The notes under the pieces were generated by a model. It did not search any database and was not told the DNA's origin. It saw only the letters and a program-made list of their open reading frames with translations. The position numbers and the translations under genes were made by a program. This document shows positions 8,253 to 9,998 of a DNA stretch of 9,998 nucleotides, piece after piece. The stretch covers positions 327,823-337,820 of the forward strand of contig CAJNOG010000082.1 in assembly GCA_905250045.1 (NCBI GenBank), read 5' to 3'. Origin of the DNA: Adineta steineri. Lineage: Eukaryota. Numbering within the stretch: position 1 is the stretch's first letter; each line of letters starts with the position of its first letter.

Positions 8253-9645
8253 TCATTGATAAAAATAAAGACCAATATTATCGACACAACCATCATTATC
8301 GGAGATTCCTGCGGTACGAGTGATTGTAACCGTCACCAGTGAAGATCGAGCACTGGTTGGTACGAGTCCACTAGTTTGCTTAAAAAGCAGTTCGCTCACG
8401 CTCCCACGATCTACTGCTAATACTGGTCCAAGGACGATTGTACTACCCACGGCTTGGTTGAGTTGATTGATGAATGTTAGCGAGACTTGAACATTGTCAT
8501 CTTGACTGGAATAACCGCCAATCCATGCCGAAAAATTAAATCTTACTGTTTGGTTGTCTATGAGAACAGGATTGATTGAGCTAGTCATGTTTACATATTG
8601 CCACATTGAAGTAACATCTGAAACTTGCCCATAGAAATAACATTGTCCACGATCACTATGAAAAGAAAAGAGTCGCGCATGAAATTATTTGTATATCTTT
8701 CTGTTACCTAGGACCTGGAGTCGTAGAGGTTAAGTCACCACCAGTAGCACTATAATATATTTGCGTAATCGTTCCATTGTACGTCCAACCTGTTGGACTT
8801 GTTATGCCGGATCCTGTTTCGCATGAACCATTCTCTCCGCCACCATTGACCAGCCAGTTAGATGTGGAGACTAAGTAAAAAAATCGTTTAACTAGTGCAC
8901 CACTGTATACACTCAGTGAGATCTGAACTCTTTAAGAATTAACTGTTGAAATCCTGTAATCCTATTACGTTGTGATAAAAGCCATGGGAGTGTGGTTTTA
9001 GTCTTGTTATTACACTCACTTATGCCGTCTGATAGTTTTATCATAGTATAATATGATTACAGAGTTCTACACGTTTCAAAAGAATTCGAACACGTCTTCC
9101 AGAATAAACATCTTACTTGTGGTTGTTGTTGTTGTTGATACTGTTGTTGTTTGAGCTGAAAATATCAATCATTATCGATGGATTCACAAAAATTCAGTTT
9201 TTATGTAAAATATGTTATCAACTCTTTTTTTCTACACCATTATTCGTTTTTAGATACTTTGATTGCTCACATGTCTATCGAAACCTAAGCGTGGATCAAT
9301 CTTTGCTTTGTTCTTCATCTGCTCTCCTTACTCACACAGATCTCTCCCTCTCTAAAATTATGTTACTATTTAAACAAGAATATGTGCTCCTTTCTTTCTA
9401 CTGATTCAATGACTACAAGACTTCTCAGTTAATCATGATGGTAATTATATTTACTCGTCACAGTTGTTGCAGTTGTTGTTGATGTTGAAGCAGTATTTTT
9501 TTTTGCTGTTTATAATAAAATATTTTTTTAGTAAAAAAAAATAAAGAAATATTATAGAGACTACATACTTAGTAAAAATCCTAGTAGAAGTCCAAGTCCT
9601 ATCGCCAGGAGAAGGCCAATAGTTATCAATACGCAGCATAAAATC
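8253..9645 (-). CDS. Single-pass membrane protein with Thr-rich linker and beta-rich ectodomain-like module, 5' end unresolved
   Basis: Model complement(join(8253..8655, 8708..8870, 9117..9155, 9455..9505, 9569..>9645)). Introns are 8656-8707 (52 nt), 8871-9116 (246 nt), 9156-9454 (299 nt) and 9506-9568 (63 nt). All have GT..AG ends and preserve phase. The conceptual protein is ...RERAYFRGWILCCVLITIGLLLAIGLGLLLGFLLTKKNTASTSTTTATTVTTQTTTVSTTTTTTISTSNWLVNGGGENGSCETGSGITSPTGWTYNGTITQIYYSATGGDLTSTTPGPSDRGQCYFYGQVSDVTSMWQYVNMTSS...GCVDNIGLYFYQ*. The two 3' exons are strongest. The upstream three rest on phase and composition. Confidence 0.72.
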
Positions 9646-9998
9646 CAGCCTCGAAAATATGCACGTTCTCTAGATTGAATGTGAACGAAGAAGAATAAAC
9701 AGATAAAAAGAGTCAACAACTTTTAGTAATTTAGAATGTAACATACAGTAATTCTTTGCACAAATGTCGCTGTTTCGACATCACATTCTAACATGCTGAC
9801 TATGAAAAATGACTATTAATAATATCTGCTTCTATTTTTTATTCGTTCATCACGACGATCTTTTACTTAGACATGGACTGAACTCAAACGTGTGTACGAA
9901 CTAACTGAAATATTTCGAATTCGGTTACGATAAACATCTTCTCTTATTAATGTGGAAATAGTTAACTGCAGATTAAATTTTTCTGTTTTGTAAGTGCT

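Noticed and set aside
9117-9404. 95-aa + strand ORF (MWLLLLLILLLFELK...)
   Set aside because: The Leu run is the antisense reading of the ACA/CAA-repeat exon (GTT/TTG). The remainder lies in the 299-nt intron of the minus-strand gene.
9451-9639. 62-aa minus-strand ORF (MLRIDNYWPSPGDRTW...) as a separate gene
   Set aside because: It is an off-frame read through the TM exon, a 63-nt intron and the Thr-rich exon. The alternate frame gives a clear TM helix and Thr stalk that splice in phase to the downstream module.
1-9998. Prokaryotic defence island or CRISPR array
   Set aside because: TIR, macro and pentapeptide words invite this reading, but the genes carry consistent short GT..AG introns, there are no operon-like overlaps, and no regularly spaced direct repeats are present.

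Overview
AT-rich eukaryotic DNA with many short GT..AG introns (mostly 50-66 nt) and compact genes. The overall look, plus TGTGGG-type motifs, suggests a bdelloid rotifer, but this is inference. I could reconstruct five gene models by joining ORFs through splice sites that preserve frame. (1) + strand, 5'-partial: macro-like domain, a possible KH-like linker, a TIR domain and a charged C-terminal tail (<3..2227). (2) and (3) + strand: tandemly duplicated three-exon genes encoding short SHIPPO/STPGR-repeat (ODF3/CIMAP-like) proteins (2438..2999 and 4077..4659), inside a repeat unit of roughly 0.9-1.0 kb. (4) - strand: single-pass membrane protein with pentapeptide-like repeats and a C-terminal beta-rich module (5289..7235). 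(5) - strand, 5'-incomplete: TM helix, Thr-rich linker and a related beta-rich module (8253..~9645). Other observations: short TGTGGG-like inverted repeats at three intergenic sites, intron conservation that exceeds coding conservation in the SHIPPO pair, and a 1-nt indel that changes one paralog's C-terminus. The lead finding is the macro-TIR fusion, which combines ADP-ribose-related and NAD+-related folds in one eukaryotic protein.
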